Source: Octopus bimaculoides (Eukaryota). From it: DNA of 50,869 bases. The position numbers and the translations under genes were made by a program. Numbering within the stretch: the first letter of the stretch is position 1; the number at the start of each line of letters is the position of its first letter. The notes below the pieces were generated by a model. The model saw nothing but the letters and a program-made list of their open reading frames with translations. It made no database searches and had not been told where the DNA came from. Below, in pieces: positions 1-13,432 of the stretch. The stretch covers positions 24,820,677 to 24,871,545 of the forward strand of contig NC_068985.1 in the NCBI RefSeq assembly GCF_001194135.2, read 5' to 3'.

Positions 1-679
1 ATTTCATCCCAATATCTCTCGCCTCTGACTAATTTCGGTGTACTTGTCAGTCTCTCTTTTAAATAAAGCTTCCTTGTTTCACCCAAACAAGTGGGTTTCA
101 TTTTTCTACAAAATTTCAACCCAGGAAAGCAAATTATTTTTTATATTATTATTTGTGTTGCTGTTTTGCACTCATCTCTGACACTATGACAGAACCAAAC
201 AATTTTTGACACAACACACTATGTCCTTTCTTACTATTTCTCACTCTAGCAATCAACTCCATTTTTTTTTTTTTTTTGTTGCTGTTTTTGTTTTTTTATT
301 TTCCTTCAGTTACTAACCATCTTTTAGAATGAAGTGATAAAGCATTTCTTCATTACTTAGAAGTTCTAGATCGCTAAAACAAATTTTGGTGAGATTATGG
401 GAAAGAGATACTCTAATAAAAAGAGAAAAAAGTATTAAAAAAAAAACTCAAAAACACATTAAAAGACAATATATGAATTATACACAAGAACTGATCGAAA
501 GGAAGGACAATTGGTGCTGGAGAGGGAGAAAAAGGGGAAAATGTTAAAGAAATGGAAGAAAGACAAACTAAAATAGAACAGTCCAAAGATTTAAACCTGT
601 CACTTTACTGAGAGGTTAGGTTGAACTACTCTAATCTGAAAAATACTACCTAGCAGTTATGAAATGAATAGTAAAATAA

Positions 680-1383
680 CCTTTAGCATTTAAACTAACC
701 ATAGGCGCAGGAGTGGCTGTGTGGTAAGTAGCTTGCTTACCAACCACATGGTTCGGGTTCAGTCCCACTGCGTGGAACCTTGGGCAAGTGTCTTCTACTA
801 TAGCCTCGGGCCGACCAAAGCCTTGTGAGTGGATTTGGTAGACGGAAACTGAAAGAAGCCCGTCGTATATATGTATNNNNNNNNNNNNNNNNNNNNNNNN
901 NNNNNNNNNNNNNNNNNNNNNNNNNNNNNNNNNNNNNNNNNNNNNNNNNNNNNNNNNNNNNNNNNNGTATGTATGTATGTGTGTGTATATGTTTGTGTGT
1001 CTGTATTTGTCCCCCCAATATCGCTTGACAACCGATGCTGGTGTGTGTGTTTACGTCCCCGTAACTTAGCGATTCGGCAAAAGAGACCGATAGAATAAGT
1101 ACTAGGCTTCCAATCAATAAGTCCTGGGGTCGATTTGCTCGACTAAAAAGGCGGTGCTCCAGCATGGCCACAGTCAAATGACTGAAACAAGTAAAAGAGT
1201 ATATCTGATCGAAATATTCTACTAGTTTTATGCTCAAACAGATCAAATCTGATCTCTCGTACCAACTCTACATTATCAGTCACCTTATCAAAATCTCAAA
1301 GCTACAAGATAATGCATGATTAATTCAAAACAATGTGAATAAATAAGTATTATGTTTGACAGAATAATGTGAATGCTAAAGGG
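680..1383 (+). mobile_element. piggyBac-like TTAA MITE (family F) interrupted by SINE A
   Basis: Ends CCTTTAGCATT / AATGCTAAAGGG-TTAA; body matches other family F copies. Confidence 0.75.
702..1200 (+). mobile_element. tRNA-derived SINE family A (head + microsatellite spacer + tail)
   Basis: A-box TGGCTGTGTGG, B-box-like GGGTTCAGTCCC, spacer partly in a gap, tail ending GAAACAAGTAAAAGAG. Confidence 0.85.
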
Positions 1384-3498
1384 TTAAACTAGCTTTTGCT
1401 CACCACTTCCACCAAATATAAGCATTCTATCATTGTAGTTCATAAATATCACCTGTATTCTTTACATGATTCTTAACCTTTTGTAGGTCAGGACCCATTT
1501 TCAGCAAAAACAACCCCTTCCAATTTTTTTTTTTTTTTTTCAAGGGAGAGAGTGGATTTTGCACATTGAATTAGTATTCATATTTTCCATCAAGCATGTG
1601 CTTATTTTTTTGATGTTTCCATTGACTGGTGCCCATGATGTTAAAATTTGACAGGGAATGCTAAGGAAGCAAAGATTTGTATAATAAAATCATACTGGGT
1701 TTCCTTAACACACGCATACCATCAGTCATGTTTCTTCTCACTCATAAAACAATTCCATATTCAGATTCCAATTGTGACAAAAGCATTTTTCAAAGTATAT
1801 CTAAAATATAAATACTGTAATTGGCTTTGGTTTCAATATTTTTTTAAATAAGAAAAATCATGGCTGCAAAACACTCAGTACACAACCTAGTGCCCATGAT
1901 ATTTGCCACCCTCATGTAAGCTCACATCTCCCCCAAGGAGGTATCAATAACCAGGTTAAGAACTACTACTTTACAATAGTGCTTGTTAGATAGAGAACCC
2001 AAGAATGACAGCTCTTTAACTCTAGTGAAGCTTTAACTCTAGCGAAGCTATTATGAAACTTTGCTTCATAATATGAAATAGATGATTGTATGCCACAATC
2101 CCAGTTTGTAGCAAACAGGAAACCCAGACAACTTGGTTTGTGATTTGATACCTGTACTCAAACAGCAACATGAACTGATACAATGTAGAAATATACCAAT
2201 GTAGATGTAGTAGATTTGAAAATCTCATCCACAAGGAGGTAGTCTAATATTTTATCCACTTGGCCAACTTATCACTACACTCTATGCATTACTCATATTA
2301 AAAAATCATAGATGTTTGTACCAGACTATGAAAAATAACTTAATAAAAGAGAAGCCAGTTCAATGTAATAGCCAAATAAATCTGTTTCAACAATCTCTCT
2401 CCCATGTTTAAAAGGAAATCAACAAGTTTTAAAGTATGAAATAACAAAGAGTGAGTACTATACAATAATCGCAAGCTTTTGTTTAGTGTCTCCGTGCAGA
2501 TACCCAAGTTGAGCTGATTGAAATTACTTGAAAACAACAGCTCAGCTACTTGGTTCCATTTCTTTGTAGAATCAGATGTTAACAGAGATAGTGTAAAGAA
2601 GAGCACAACTTCAACAGTATCAAGCCTTTATTTGACACTCTGGAGAAAGTTGCAATCTCAGCATAAGAGGATGAGAAATACCATTTTATATGCAAGGCTG
2701 GGCTCATACTGAGCCTGCAGTGGACAAAGGCAGTGGTGTTACAACAAAAGCATAAGGATACAGATCTCTCTAAGCTTCAAAGAACTAAAATGAAATGTGG
2801 AAATTTACTGTTCCTCAAACCCATCTCACTTAATATGGCTTATTTGGTTGCTGTTCTGTGTAATTACTAAGCTAATTGAGGATAGTAACCTTATATATCT
2901 AAGTATATAAACAACACAACATGAAAATGAAAGAGGAAAAAAAAAATTCATTTCACAGTTGATTCAAAATACATTTAAACATTGCTGTACACTATAGTAA
3001 AAGCATAGTGTTTCATTTCTAATAAACTGTTACTGAATAGTGAGCACATTTTTTATTATTCTCTATTATCATGTTCTTAAATGGAATAAAAATGCATTTA
3101 GAAAAATAATGAACCAAGTATTCTGAAAGTTCTTTGAACCAATTAGTACATTTCAAAAATATTATGTTCAATTAATATGGTGTTTCAAAAGAACAAATTA
3201 GCCCAGCTAACTAATATATTACTGTATATGTACATGTGTGAGTGGTTTCTATTTGTTTCTGTAAACCATAATACACAGTCTATGTCATCTGTTCATTTTG
3301 TGTCATCCTTCAACTTGTGTCTGAATAAGTTGTCTGAAACATGAAATTGTGAAGTTCATTCACAGCATACATGGCATGTTATAACATCTTAGCAGTCTAT
3401 GATTTCACAAACATATATCCTAACCATCCTTATCATTACCCAGCAAAAACTAACCCACTGCCTATTTCATCTAAGAACTTATAGGTTCTTAGATGGAA

Positions 3499-3710
3499 TG
3501 AGGGGGTGCTGAAAAGTTCCTGGCTTTGGTAAAAAAAAATACAGGAAGAACAGTTAATTATGATAATATAAACATATTGCCCTCTCAGATTCACACACTT
3601 ATTGCAGTGGACCTTCAGTTTTCCTAAGCTCTATAAAAGAACTCAGAAGGTTGGGCCTCCAGCTAGGGCTTTCACAATACCTTTAAAGCCAAGAACTTTA
3701 CTTTTAGTGC
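3499..3710 (+). mobile_element. Mariner-type MITE, copy 1
   Basis: TIR GAGGGGGTGCTGAAAAGTTCCTGGCTTT; body nearly identical to 4744-4939. Confidence 0.7.
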
Positions 3711-4047
3711 AGATTCTGTCCCAAATTTCTCTTCCACATTACTACTTCACACTGGAACTCATATTTAGAGTTATCTCTTCAATAACTAAACTAATAATAA
3801 ATCAGATATTGTAAAACTGAAGCTCTTTTGGAATAACTCAATCAATTATAACAACAGGCCCCTACACATGTATACTTACATGTCAATGCAAGGAAGCATA
3901 GATATCATGTGAATAGACAACAGAGAAGAAAGAAAGAAAAACATGAAAATGACATTGTGAGACAGTAGAACAATAAAATAAAATTAATCAACTGCTATTG
4001 TTTCACAAATGAAAAGAAGTGAACTAAGAATTAAAAATAAACAGAAT

Positions 4048-4435
4048 GGGGTAGGAGTGGCTGTGTGGTAAATAGCTTGCATGGTTCCGGGTTCAGTCCC
4101 ACTGCGTGGCACCTTGGGCAAGTGTCTTCTACTATAGCCTCAGGCCGACAAAAGCCTTGTGAGTGAATTTGGTAGACGGAAACTGAAAGAAGCCTTTCGT
4201 ATATATGTATTTATATATATATATATATGTATGTGTATTTGTACCCCCAGCATCGCTTGACAACCAATGCTGGTGTGTTTACGTCCCCGTAACTTAGCGG
4301 TTCAGCAAAAAGAGACCGATAGAATAAGTACTAGGCTTACAAAGAATAAGTCCTGGGGGTCGATTTTCTCGACTAAAGGCGGTGCTCCAGCATGGCCGCA
4401 GTCAAATGACTGAAACAAGTAAAAGAGTAAAAGAG
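4048..4435 (+). mobile_element. SINE family A, full length
   Basis: Same head/spacer/tail architecture. Confidence 0.85.
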
Positions 4436-4743
4436 ATTTAAGAGGATGGACATTTAAGGACTAATTTAATTGAAAATCATCATCATTATCATTTAATGTA
4501 CACTCTTCTATGCTTGTATGGGTTAGAAGAGATTTGTTAAAGCGGATATTCAACAGCCAGATGCCTTTCCTTCTACCGACCTTGATTTGTTTCTTAGCAA
4601 GGTAATATTTACCCATGGCCTCACATGTTTTTCAAGGAAGACTGGAAATGAACGAACTTACTTGCATGATGATGATCATTTATAACCAACTTGATGTTTT
4701 TTCATGAGTACACTCACGCAAACATGCACATCTTATATATATA

Positions 4744-4939
4744 CAAGGGAGTATTGAAAAGTTTCTGGCTTTGGGTAAAAAAAAAAATACAGGAAGAACA
4801 GTTAATTATGATGTTATTTAACATATTCTCTCAGATCCACACACTTATTACAATGGTCTTTCAGTTTTTCTAAGCTCTATAAAAGAACTCAGGTCTTTCG
4901 CAGTACCTTTAAAGCAAGGAACTTTTCAGCACACTCTTG
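4744..4939 (+). mobile_element. Mariner-type MITE, copy 2
   Basis: Left TA-CAAGGGAGTATTGAAAAGTTTCTGGCTTT; right TIR (minus strand) CAAGAGTGTGCTGAAAAGTTCCTTGCTTT. Confidence 0.75.
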
Positions 4940-4964
4940 TGTATGTGTGTGTGTGAGTATATAT

Positions 4965-5126
4965 GACAGGCTTCTTTCAGTTTCTATCGACCAAATCCAT
5001 TCACAAGGCTTTGGTTGACCTGGGGCTATAATCAAAGACACTTGCCCAAGGAGCTGCACAAGAGGACTGAACCCACAACCATATGATTGAAAAGCAAGCC
5101 TCTTAACCTCAAAGCCACACCTGCAC
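4965..5126 (-). mobile_element. SINE family A head, diverged
   Basis: Reverse complement of the head. Confidence 0.7.
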
Positions 5127-5967
5127 AACATAAGGTTAATAAATAAAAAGCCTCAGTTGTATAAAAGGATTTTTAAAAAGAACTGAAATAGTGGTACAAC
5201 TAAATTAAAAAGCTACTTAATTTAATCACAACTTCAAGAAATTCCAAATAGTAAATATGTTGATTTAATTTATAGTACAATTAAGATGACTTAGCAGTCG
5301 GTAAATAGAGGACCTATATATATTCATAGTCAATTCCAATTAAAACGTCTGAAAAGCCTTCAAATGGTCTGAGTGAGTTACAGTTAGAGAAGAAGGTACC
5401 ATCATTAAAAATGATACGAGAATTTACTAAAAGCTACAAGGAAGTGCAAAAACTAATTATAGAAGCAAATAGTTGCAGTTGATTAGACACTACAACCAGA
5501 GAATGAAGTATAGAATGTCAAATAAATTGAGTAACAAAGTTATAAAGAAAAGTAAACAAATCTAAAGATAGAACAGAAACAATGATGTGGTCGTTTATTG
5601 TCAGTTGAAAATACTGAGTCAAGCAACAAGAAAATTGAGGAATGAGGATATGAATGAGGCAGGGTTTATACCAAATAGAAGGGAAGTTGAGCATGCTGTT
5701 TGGTGATAGATGGAAGATTGATAAGATGACATCATTTATCATATCCTTTACTGTTGTCAGTCATTCAATTGCAATCATGATGGGACACCGACTTGAAGAG
5801 TTTAGTCAAACAAATCAGCCTGAGTACTTACTTTTATAAGGTTGGTACTTATTCTATCGGTCTCTTTAGCAAAAACCACTAGGTTACAGGGATGTAAACA
5901 AACAAACAAGGACACACACGTACCTATATACATATATACATATGTTTGATACATACATATGTATGTA

Positions 5968-6339
5968 TGGCCCAGTGGTTAGGGCAGCGGACTCGCGGTC
6001 TTAGGATCCCAGTTTCGATTCCCAGACCGGGCGTTGTGAGTGTTTAATGAGCGAAAACACCTAAAGCTCCACGAGGCTCCAGCAAGGGGGTGGTGGTGAA
6101 CCCTGCTGTACTCTTTCACCACAACTTTCTCTTACTCTTTCTTCCTGTTTCTGTTGTGCCTGTATTTCAAAGGGTCAGCCTTGTCACACTGTGTCACGCT
6201 GAATCTCCCCAACAACTACGTTAAGGGTACACGTGTCTGTGGAGTGGTCAGCCACTTGCACGTTAATTTCACGAGCAGGCTGTTCCGTTGATTGAATCAA
6301 CTAGAACACTCGTTATCGTAACCGACGGAGTGCCAATAA
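5968..6339 (+). mobile_element. tRNA(Arg)-like SINE family D
   Basis: TGGCCCAGTGGTTAG A-box, GACTCGCGGTC anticodon-like arm, GTTTCGATTCC B-box, ~300-bp body. Confidence 0.75.
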
Positions 6340-6411
6340 TACATATATAAACATGACATCAAACAGACACATTGTCATAGAGAACTATTCATTACCCTGA
6401 AATGAAACATC

Positions 6412-6475
6412 TCCAAAGCAAGGAATCGAACCTCAGCTGCCTTGGCGAGAGTCCAGAAAACTATCCACAAGTAAT
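6412..6475 (-). mobile_element. Degenerate tRNA(Glu)-like SINE head
   Basis: Perfect B-box GGTTCGATTCC and a CTC anticodon-like loop. Confidence 0.4.
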
Positions 6476-6789
6476 TTGAAAATCATAATTGTTAAGAGCA
6501 GAAAAAAAACTAAATAAATGATATGTACAAGAATAAAAAAAAAAAAAGAGTCTTGAAGTAATGGAAAGTAGTTACAGGAAGAGAACATAAAATATAGGTT
6601 TAGAAGAAAAATGAAAATACTGAGCTGGTTTATAAACATGATGTAAACAGGTGCTATGTAGTGAAACCCAACAAAATAACCCAGTTTATTAAATGACATA
6701 TGGTCTATTACTAAATATATAAAGTCTTGGATTAATGAATGTAGAAACATAGAAAAAAATTCTAGGTTGGAAATATAAAGTGTAAAGTG

Positions 6790-6925
6790 ACTGAGTGGTA
6801 AGAAGTTTGCTTCCCAACCACATAGTTCCAGGTTCAGTCCTACTGCACAGCACTTTGGCTTCTACTACAGCCTTGGGCTAATGAAAGCCTTGTAAGGGGA
6901 TTTGCTAGACAGAAACTAAACGAAC
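6790..6925 (+). mobile_element. SINE family A head, diverged
   Basis: gtggtaagaagtttgcttcccaaccac... Confidence 0.7.
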
Positions 6926-6926
6926 C

Positions 6927-7145
6927 TCATCATCATCATCGTCGTCGTTTAACGTCGGCTTTCCATGCTAGTATGGGTTGGACAATTTGACTGAGGACTG
7001 GTGGACCAGGAGGCAACACCAGGCTCCAATCTGATTTGGCAGAGTTTCTACAGCTGGATGCCCTTCCTAACGCCAACCATTCCGAGAGTGTAGTGGGTGC
7101 TTTTACATGCCACCGGCACGAGGGCCAGTCAGGTGGGTACTGGCG
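6927..7145 (-). mobile_element. SINE family B ((GAT)n-tailed)
   Basis: catcatc-gtttaacgtc...catgctag...ctggatgcccttcctaacgcc. Confidence 0.8.
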
Positions 7146-7371
7146 ATATATATATACATATACTTACTTACAAGGTGAGCAAAGGTGTGTGGACACTGCT
7201 GTATGGATATATATAAATCCAAAAAATGGAACAAGAACACAACAGATGACAATAAGACATCCAGACAGACAATACAAAGACAGATTGAATATTAAGTTCA
7301 TATTTCAGAGTATAACATCTTCAGAGGAAACAAAAAATATACCTTTAAATGTTCTATATGTTTGTTTATAG

Positions 7372-7445
7372 ATTCATTATAGCAGACTGCTATAATGAAT
7401 CCATAATGAATTCATTATAGCAGTCTGCTATAATGAATCCATAAT
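7372..7445. repeat. Tandem pair of 29-bp palindromes
   Basis: ATTCATTATAGCAG-A/T-CTGCTATAATGAAT at 7372-7400 and 7410-7438. Confidence 0.95.
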
Positions 7446-7590
7446 CAAACATATAAAACATCTAAGGATATATTTTTTTCCCTCTGAAGATATTTTGCAC
7501 AGAAACTGAAACAGCTGTAAGGGATAATGTTTGATTTGTTGTTGATAATAAAATCTTATTAACTTCACAATCTCCATTTTCTTTTTCTTC

Positions 7591-7633
<43 letters not shown>

Positions 7634-7759
7634 TTTATTAAAAAGCAGCAAAAATACCACAAAAACTGTTACTCAAAGTTTCATGTTCCCATTTGTCGGA
7701 CAGTTTTGTTTCGCATTTATGTGCATACTCTAGTATATATATATATATATATATATACA

Positions 7760-7795
<36 letters not shown>

Positions 7796-8907
7796 TATTC
7801 CATAATGGTAAGATCAACAAAAAAAGTACTCCATCTGGTGAGAGATAAGTATTATTCAATAAATATTATTTAATAGATACAATGCATGTTTTTTATGTGC
7901 TACTAATAGTTCATATGTTGAGAAATACCTCTCTCTATATTTGTATTATTTCTCACACATGCTGCTCCCCATCTCTCTATATATGACATGCACTAAGCCT
8001 CAACAGAAAATCACATTTGATCTTTAATTAAAGACATATATTTGGAGTCTGTTCCAACTAACTTGAAAAATAATGCCAAGGATAAACCAAGTTGGTTACT
8101 TAACATCACATAATTATCGTCACAAATTAACAATATTTACAATGTTTTCTGCACTAATCTCCATCAACTGACCTGATACTGGAAACCTAGCTTGTTAGCA
8201 ACCAATAAGGAACCACCTTTTAAGATAAATGCAACCAAGGCTTTAATCATCTTGGACATTTGATCAGACGTATACTTTTGTACCAATGAAACCCGAAGTA
8301 ATTGCTGTGTTAGTCATTTACTGCCCGAAAATTTATGGGGCTTTTTTTTTCAAACCTCCTCCCCTACACAGTACCAATTTTGGTCGATTTTTTTTTTTTT
8401 TTTTTNNNNNNNNNNNNNNNNNNNNNNNNNNNNNNNNNNNNNNNNNNNNNNNNNNNNNNNNNNNNNNNNNNNNNNNNNNNNNNNNNNNNNNNNNNNNNNN
8501 NNNNNNNNNNNNNNNNNNNNNNNNNNNNNNNNNNNNNNNNNNNNNNNNNNNNNNNNNNNNNNNNNNNNNNNNNNNNNNNNNNNNNNNNNNNNNNNNNNNN
8601 NNNNNNNNNNNNNNNNNNNNNNNNNNNNNNNNNNNNNNNNNNNNNNNNNNNNNNNNNNNNNNNNNNNNNNNNNNNNNNNNNNNNNNNNNNNNNNNNNNNN
8701 NNNNNNNNNNNNNNNNNNNNNNNNNNNNNNNNNNNNNNNNNNNNNNNNNNNNNNNNNNNNNNNNNNNNNNNNNNNNNNNNNNNNNNNNNNNNNNNNNNNN
8801 NNNNNNNNNNNNNNNNNNNNNNNNNNNNNNNNNNNNNNNNNNNNNNNNNNNNNNNNNNNNNNNNNNNNNNNNNNNNNNNNNNNNNNNNNNNNNNNNNNNN
8901 NNNNNNN

Positions 8908-9048
8908 CTACCAAATCCACTCAAAAGGCTTTGGTCGGCCCGAGACTATAGTAGAAGACACTTGCCCAAGGTGCCACACAGCGTGACTGAACCCGGAACC
9001 ATGTGGTTGGTGAGCAAGCTACTTACCACACAGCCACTCCTACGCCTA
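8908..9048 (-). mobile_element. SINE family A head (remainder in gap)
   Basis: Near-consensus reverse complement. Confidence 0.85.
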
Positions 9049-9422
9049 TCAAACATAATTTAAAAACAATAGTGAAATGTTTCATAATTTTTTCATTGAC
9101 ACATCCTTCCCACTACCTGCTATAAATCATAAAACTTCAGCTTCTTTTCGAGATTTTTATTCAATAATAGTTTTAAAATACAGACAGTTCGAATCTGCAA
9201 TTGGTTCTGTTTATAATTTCGAAATAATTTTTAGACAGAAAGATGTGATTTAAGGGTGATTTAGCTGCTATTTCTAGCACATTCCACGACTACCTGATAC
9301 CATCCTTCTTTAATGATGATGCAGGAGTAACACATGGGGGAGGGTCTATTTGCTAGGATTCAAGCAACAAAAAAATTTGTGGTTAAAATTTTTAACCCCC
9401 ACCCCACCTGTCCCAAGCAAGG

Positions 9423-9453
<31 letters not shown>

Positions 9454-9665
9454 NNNNNNNNNNGTGTGTGTGTGTCTATAAAAAAAACACATTCACTAAC
9501 CGAAAAGTATGCTATTAAAATAAATTATCTTTTACATACCTTTGTTAAATCACCTTGCTGCCTTAATGAAATTCCTTACACACATACAAACACACACATT
9601 CACACAGTGTGAGCTATATACATATACACAGTGAGAGAGTAAAGTAAATATATATGTGTGTGTGA

Positions 9666-9701
<36 letters not shown>

Positions 9702-10073
9702 NNNNNNNNNNNNNNNNNNNNNNNNNNNNNNNNNNNNNNNNNNNNNNNNNNNNNNNNNNNNNNNNNNNNNNNNNNNNNNNNNNNNNNNNNNNNNNNNNNN
9801 NNNNNNNNNNNNNNNNNNNNNNNNNNNNNNNNNNNNNNNNNNNNNNNNNNNNNNNNNNNNNNNNNNNNNNNNNNNNNNNNNNNNNNNNNNNNNNNNNNNN
9901 NNNNNNNNNNNNNNNNNNNNNNNNNNNNNNNNNNNNNNNNNNNNNNNNNNNNNNNNNNNNNNNNNNNNNNNNNNNNNNNNNNNNNNNNNNNNNNNNNNNN
10001 NNNNNNNNNNNNNNNNNNNNNNNNNNNNNNNNNNNNNNNNNNNNNNNNNNNNNNNNNNNNNNNNNNNNNNNNN

Positions 10074-10104
<31 letters not shown>

Positions 10105-11670
10105 AAGTTTACAATGAGAAAAGTGAAGAAAAAATAAAGAATTACACAAATAGATCCTCTCTGTTGCTGTCACAGATTTTGAAGTTTTAAAATTAAGTGA
10201 ATATTTTGAAATTTGGTATATTGATGTACTTTTTAATGCTGAATCCAATTCTGTGATTCACTTATTCAAGACAAATTATAGAAAAATGTTTCTGACATTT
10301 AGAGTGTGATAATTTTTACCCAATCAGAAAACAGGATTTGTACATGATAGCTGTGTGTCATGAAGTGAAAGTAAACGTTAGAAGACGAAGTTTTAAACAA
10401 AATGAAAACAATTGGATATCATATGAAAAGAGAGGGGGGGAGCATGTGTGAGAGATAATATATAAGGAGTGAGAGAGAGAGAGAGAGAGAGAGGGAGATA
10501 AAGAGTGGTAAATATAGAGAGAGGGAAAGACATAAGAGAAAGTGTGAAGTTGGTGATAGAGCGTGAGGAAATTCTCAGATCTTAAATTTGAGTTATTTTT
10601 CATAGCAAATATATATTTTTATTATTATTTACAGACAACTTTCCCCTCAGGACACAAATTTCAAAAATCAAATTCATTTTTCCCAAGGATGCACCATTTC
10701 AAAGTCTTTCTGGATTGANNNNNNNNNNNNNNNNNNNNNNNNNNNNNNNNNNNNNNNNNNNNNNNNNNNNNNNNNNNNNNNNNNNNNNNNNNNNNNNNNN
10801 NNNNNNNNNNNNNNNNNNNNNNNNNNNNNNNNNNNNNNNNNNNNNNNNNNNNNNNNNNNNNNNNNNNNNNNNNNNNNNNNNNNNNNNNNNNNNNNNNNNN
10901 NNNNNNNNNNNNNNNNNNNNNNNNNNNNNNNNNNNNNNNNNNNNNNNNNNNNNNNNNNNNNNNNNNNNNNNNNNNNNNNNNNNNNNNNNNNNNNNNNNNN
11001 NNNNNNNNNNNNNNNNNNNNNNNNNNNNNNNNNNNNNNNNNNNNNNNNNNNNNNNNNNNNNNNNNNNNNNNNNNNNNNNNNNNNNNNNNNNNNNNNNNNN
11101 NNNNNNNNNNNNNNNNNNNNNNNNNNNNNNNNNNNNNNNNNNNNNNNNNNNNNNNNNNNNNNNNNNNNNNNNNNNNNNNNNNNNNNNNNNNNNNNNNNNN
11201 NNNNNNNNNNNNNNNNNNNNNNNNNNNNNNNNNNNNNNNNNNNNNNNNNNNNNNNNNNNNNNNNNNNNNNNNNNNNNNNNNNNNNNNNNNNNNNNNNNNN
11301 NNNNNNNNNNNNNNNNNNNNNNNNNNNNNNNNNNNNNNNNNNNNNNNNNNNNNNNNNNNNNNNNNNNNNNNNNNNNNNNNNNNNNNNNNNNNNNNNNNNN
11401 NNNNNNNNNNNNNNNNNNNNNNNNNNNNNNNNNNNNNNNNNNNNNNNNNNNNNNNNNNNNNNNNNNNNNNNNNNNNNNNNNNNNNNNNNNNNNNNNNNNN
11501 NNNNNNNNNNNNNNNNNNNNNNNNNNNNNNNNNNNNNNNNNNNNNNNNNNNNNNNNNNNNNNNNNNNNNNNNNNNNNNNNNNNNNNNNNNNNNNNNNNNN
11601 NNNNNNNNNNNNNNNNNNNNNNNNNNNNNNNNNNNNNNNNNNNNNNNNNNNNNNNNNNNNNNNNNNNNNN

Positions 11671-11671
11671 N

Positions 11672-11723
<52 letters not shown>

Positions 11724-11800
11724 GTAAACTGATAGATTGATATGAAAACTGATAGATTGATAGATAAATTGACGGACGGACAGACAGACAGACAGACAGA
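11671..11800. repeat. (TAGA)n / (GACA)n microsatellite
   Basis: Seen directly; borders a gap. Confidence 0.95.
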
Positions 11801-11871
11801 TGGATATACATACTTTAAATGTGATACACTCACATATAAAAACACAATGCACACATAAAACGATACCATAC

Positions 11872-11950
11872 CTGAGACAGAATATGTACTTCCTGAACTG
11901 CTTCGCAAAGTGTTTATACTATTAGTCGAACAAGGCCGTCGCTTTGACAT
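11872..11950 (-). CDS. Candidate alternative first coding exon (MSKRRPCSTNSINTLRSSSGSTYSVS-G), phase 1
   Basis: ATG in aatATG context with an upstream in-frame TGA; donor TCTCAG|GTATGG at 11872/11871; 79 nt = 26 codons + 1, same phase and strand as the ARAP exon; next to a CpG-rich region. Confidence 0.45.
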
Positions 11951-13380
11951 ATTAAATGGTGGAGGTTTTCAAGTTTACTCCAATAAATCCAAGCCATAAG
12001 CTTCAAGAAAGTTGGTCGTGTACGTCCAAGTAAATTTATCCCACATTTAGCGACTAACAAACTTCTCCGATTTAATCATTGTTGACAGCAAGAAGTAATA
12101 TAAATCACAGATTGTATCGTGTTGTATGTAAGATGAGGATGACAGGGGAAATGTCAACCTGTTGCTTTGGTAAGTTTGAGAGAATGAATGGGGGGAGGGG
12201 TATGTGTGAGTGAGTGTGTATGTTTGAGGATGTGAGTGTGTATGTATAAGAGGATATGTGTGAGTGAGAAGAGAGACTACCGAAGTACGAGTGTCAGGAA
12301 TATATAAAAGTTGTGTTTTTTAATGAAAAGTCAGTTCTAACTAAACTGACCTTTAATCAAAGAGACTCCGACCATGACCATCCCGTTCTTGTTTTAAGTA
12401 TAATCATAGTGTACTCCTGATTACGTAGTCAAAGTATCCGTTTTGTTTTTTAAAACAGTTAGGAAGCTATAGATATATTGCTGTTATTTCTACCAGGGCA
12501 AGCTAACATGCAGAGGTCGGATTTATTTAATGAAGTGTGAGTTTCGTGACTAGGTAATAATGTAAAGTGTCTGAATATACGTCTGGTTAAGTATTCATGT
12601 GTCCCTGATAGGGGGAGAAAGAAAAGAAAAAAATTAGTAGAACTGTGCATGGAAACGGACAATGATAGTTCAGTGCCTGTTTATATGTGTGCGTGTGTAT
12701 AGGACTGGAGATTGTTTATTTGTGTATCAGCCGTGTGTCTATTTGTGTATGTGAGTGAGTGAGTGTATAGTGGCAGTATGAATGTGTGTTTCTGGGTCTA
12801 AAATGTATCTTCTTGAATGTGTGTGTGTGTGTATTATGACTGCGCAAGCGGATGTCTCTGAATTTTATGTGTCTGTATTATAAGCGTGTTAGTATTTTAT
12901 GAGTGCATCCGAATGCAGATGTTTGAATGTATATAAAATTTGTGTGCGTGTAGGTGCGCATATGAGCATGACAGTCATGTGTACATGAATAGTCAGTGGA
13001 ATGAGCGTGCTTTTATATATTGGGGGAGTCAACAGTGTGTGTGCGTGTGCTTTATGTTATCAATAGATCTTAAAGTATATTAAACTATATTAGTGTGGAC
13101 ATAATCGGAAGCTATGTGTTTGTGTGTGAATTAGAGCGAAGTGTATAGAAACGTGTTTTTTTTTTAGTGTATTGCATGAATTACAAGAGGGCAAAGTGTA
13201 TGAGTGTTGTTAAATAATTTTCAGAATATGCGTGTGTGTGTGTGTGTGTGAAATATAAATCAATGCATCAAAATATATAAAATATGTGAAAGTTTATGCA
13301 AGTACACATACGTGTGTATGTAAAGTATATATATATGTAATGTATATATATATATTTACATAGTATACAAAATGAGGGTG

Positions 13381-13432
<52 letters not shown>

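Noticed and set aside
2340-2720. 88-aa minus-strand ORF in unique-looking sequence
   Set aside because: No recognisable motif and no convincing splice sites; surrounding frame has stops.
5968-6035. tRNA-Arg gene (and similar heads at 17840-17904, 44770-44839)
   Set aside because: Each continues into a ~300-bp repeated body, some with TSDs, so they are SINE heads rather than tRNA genes.
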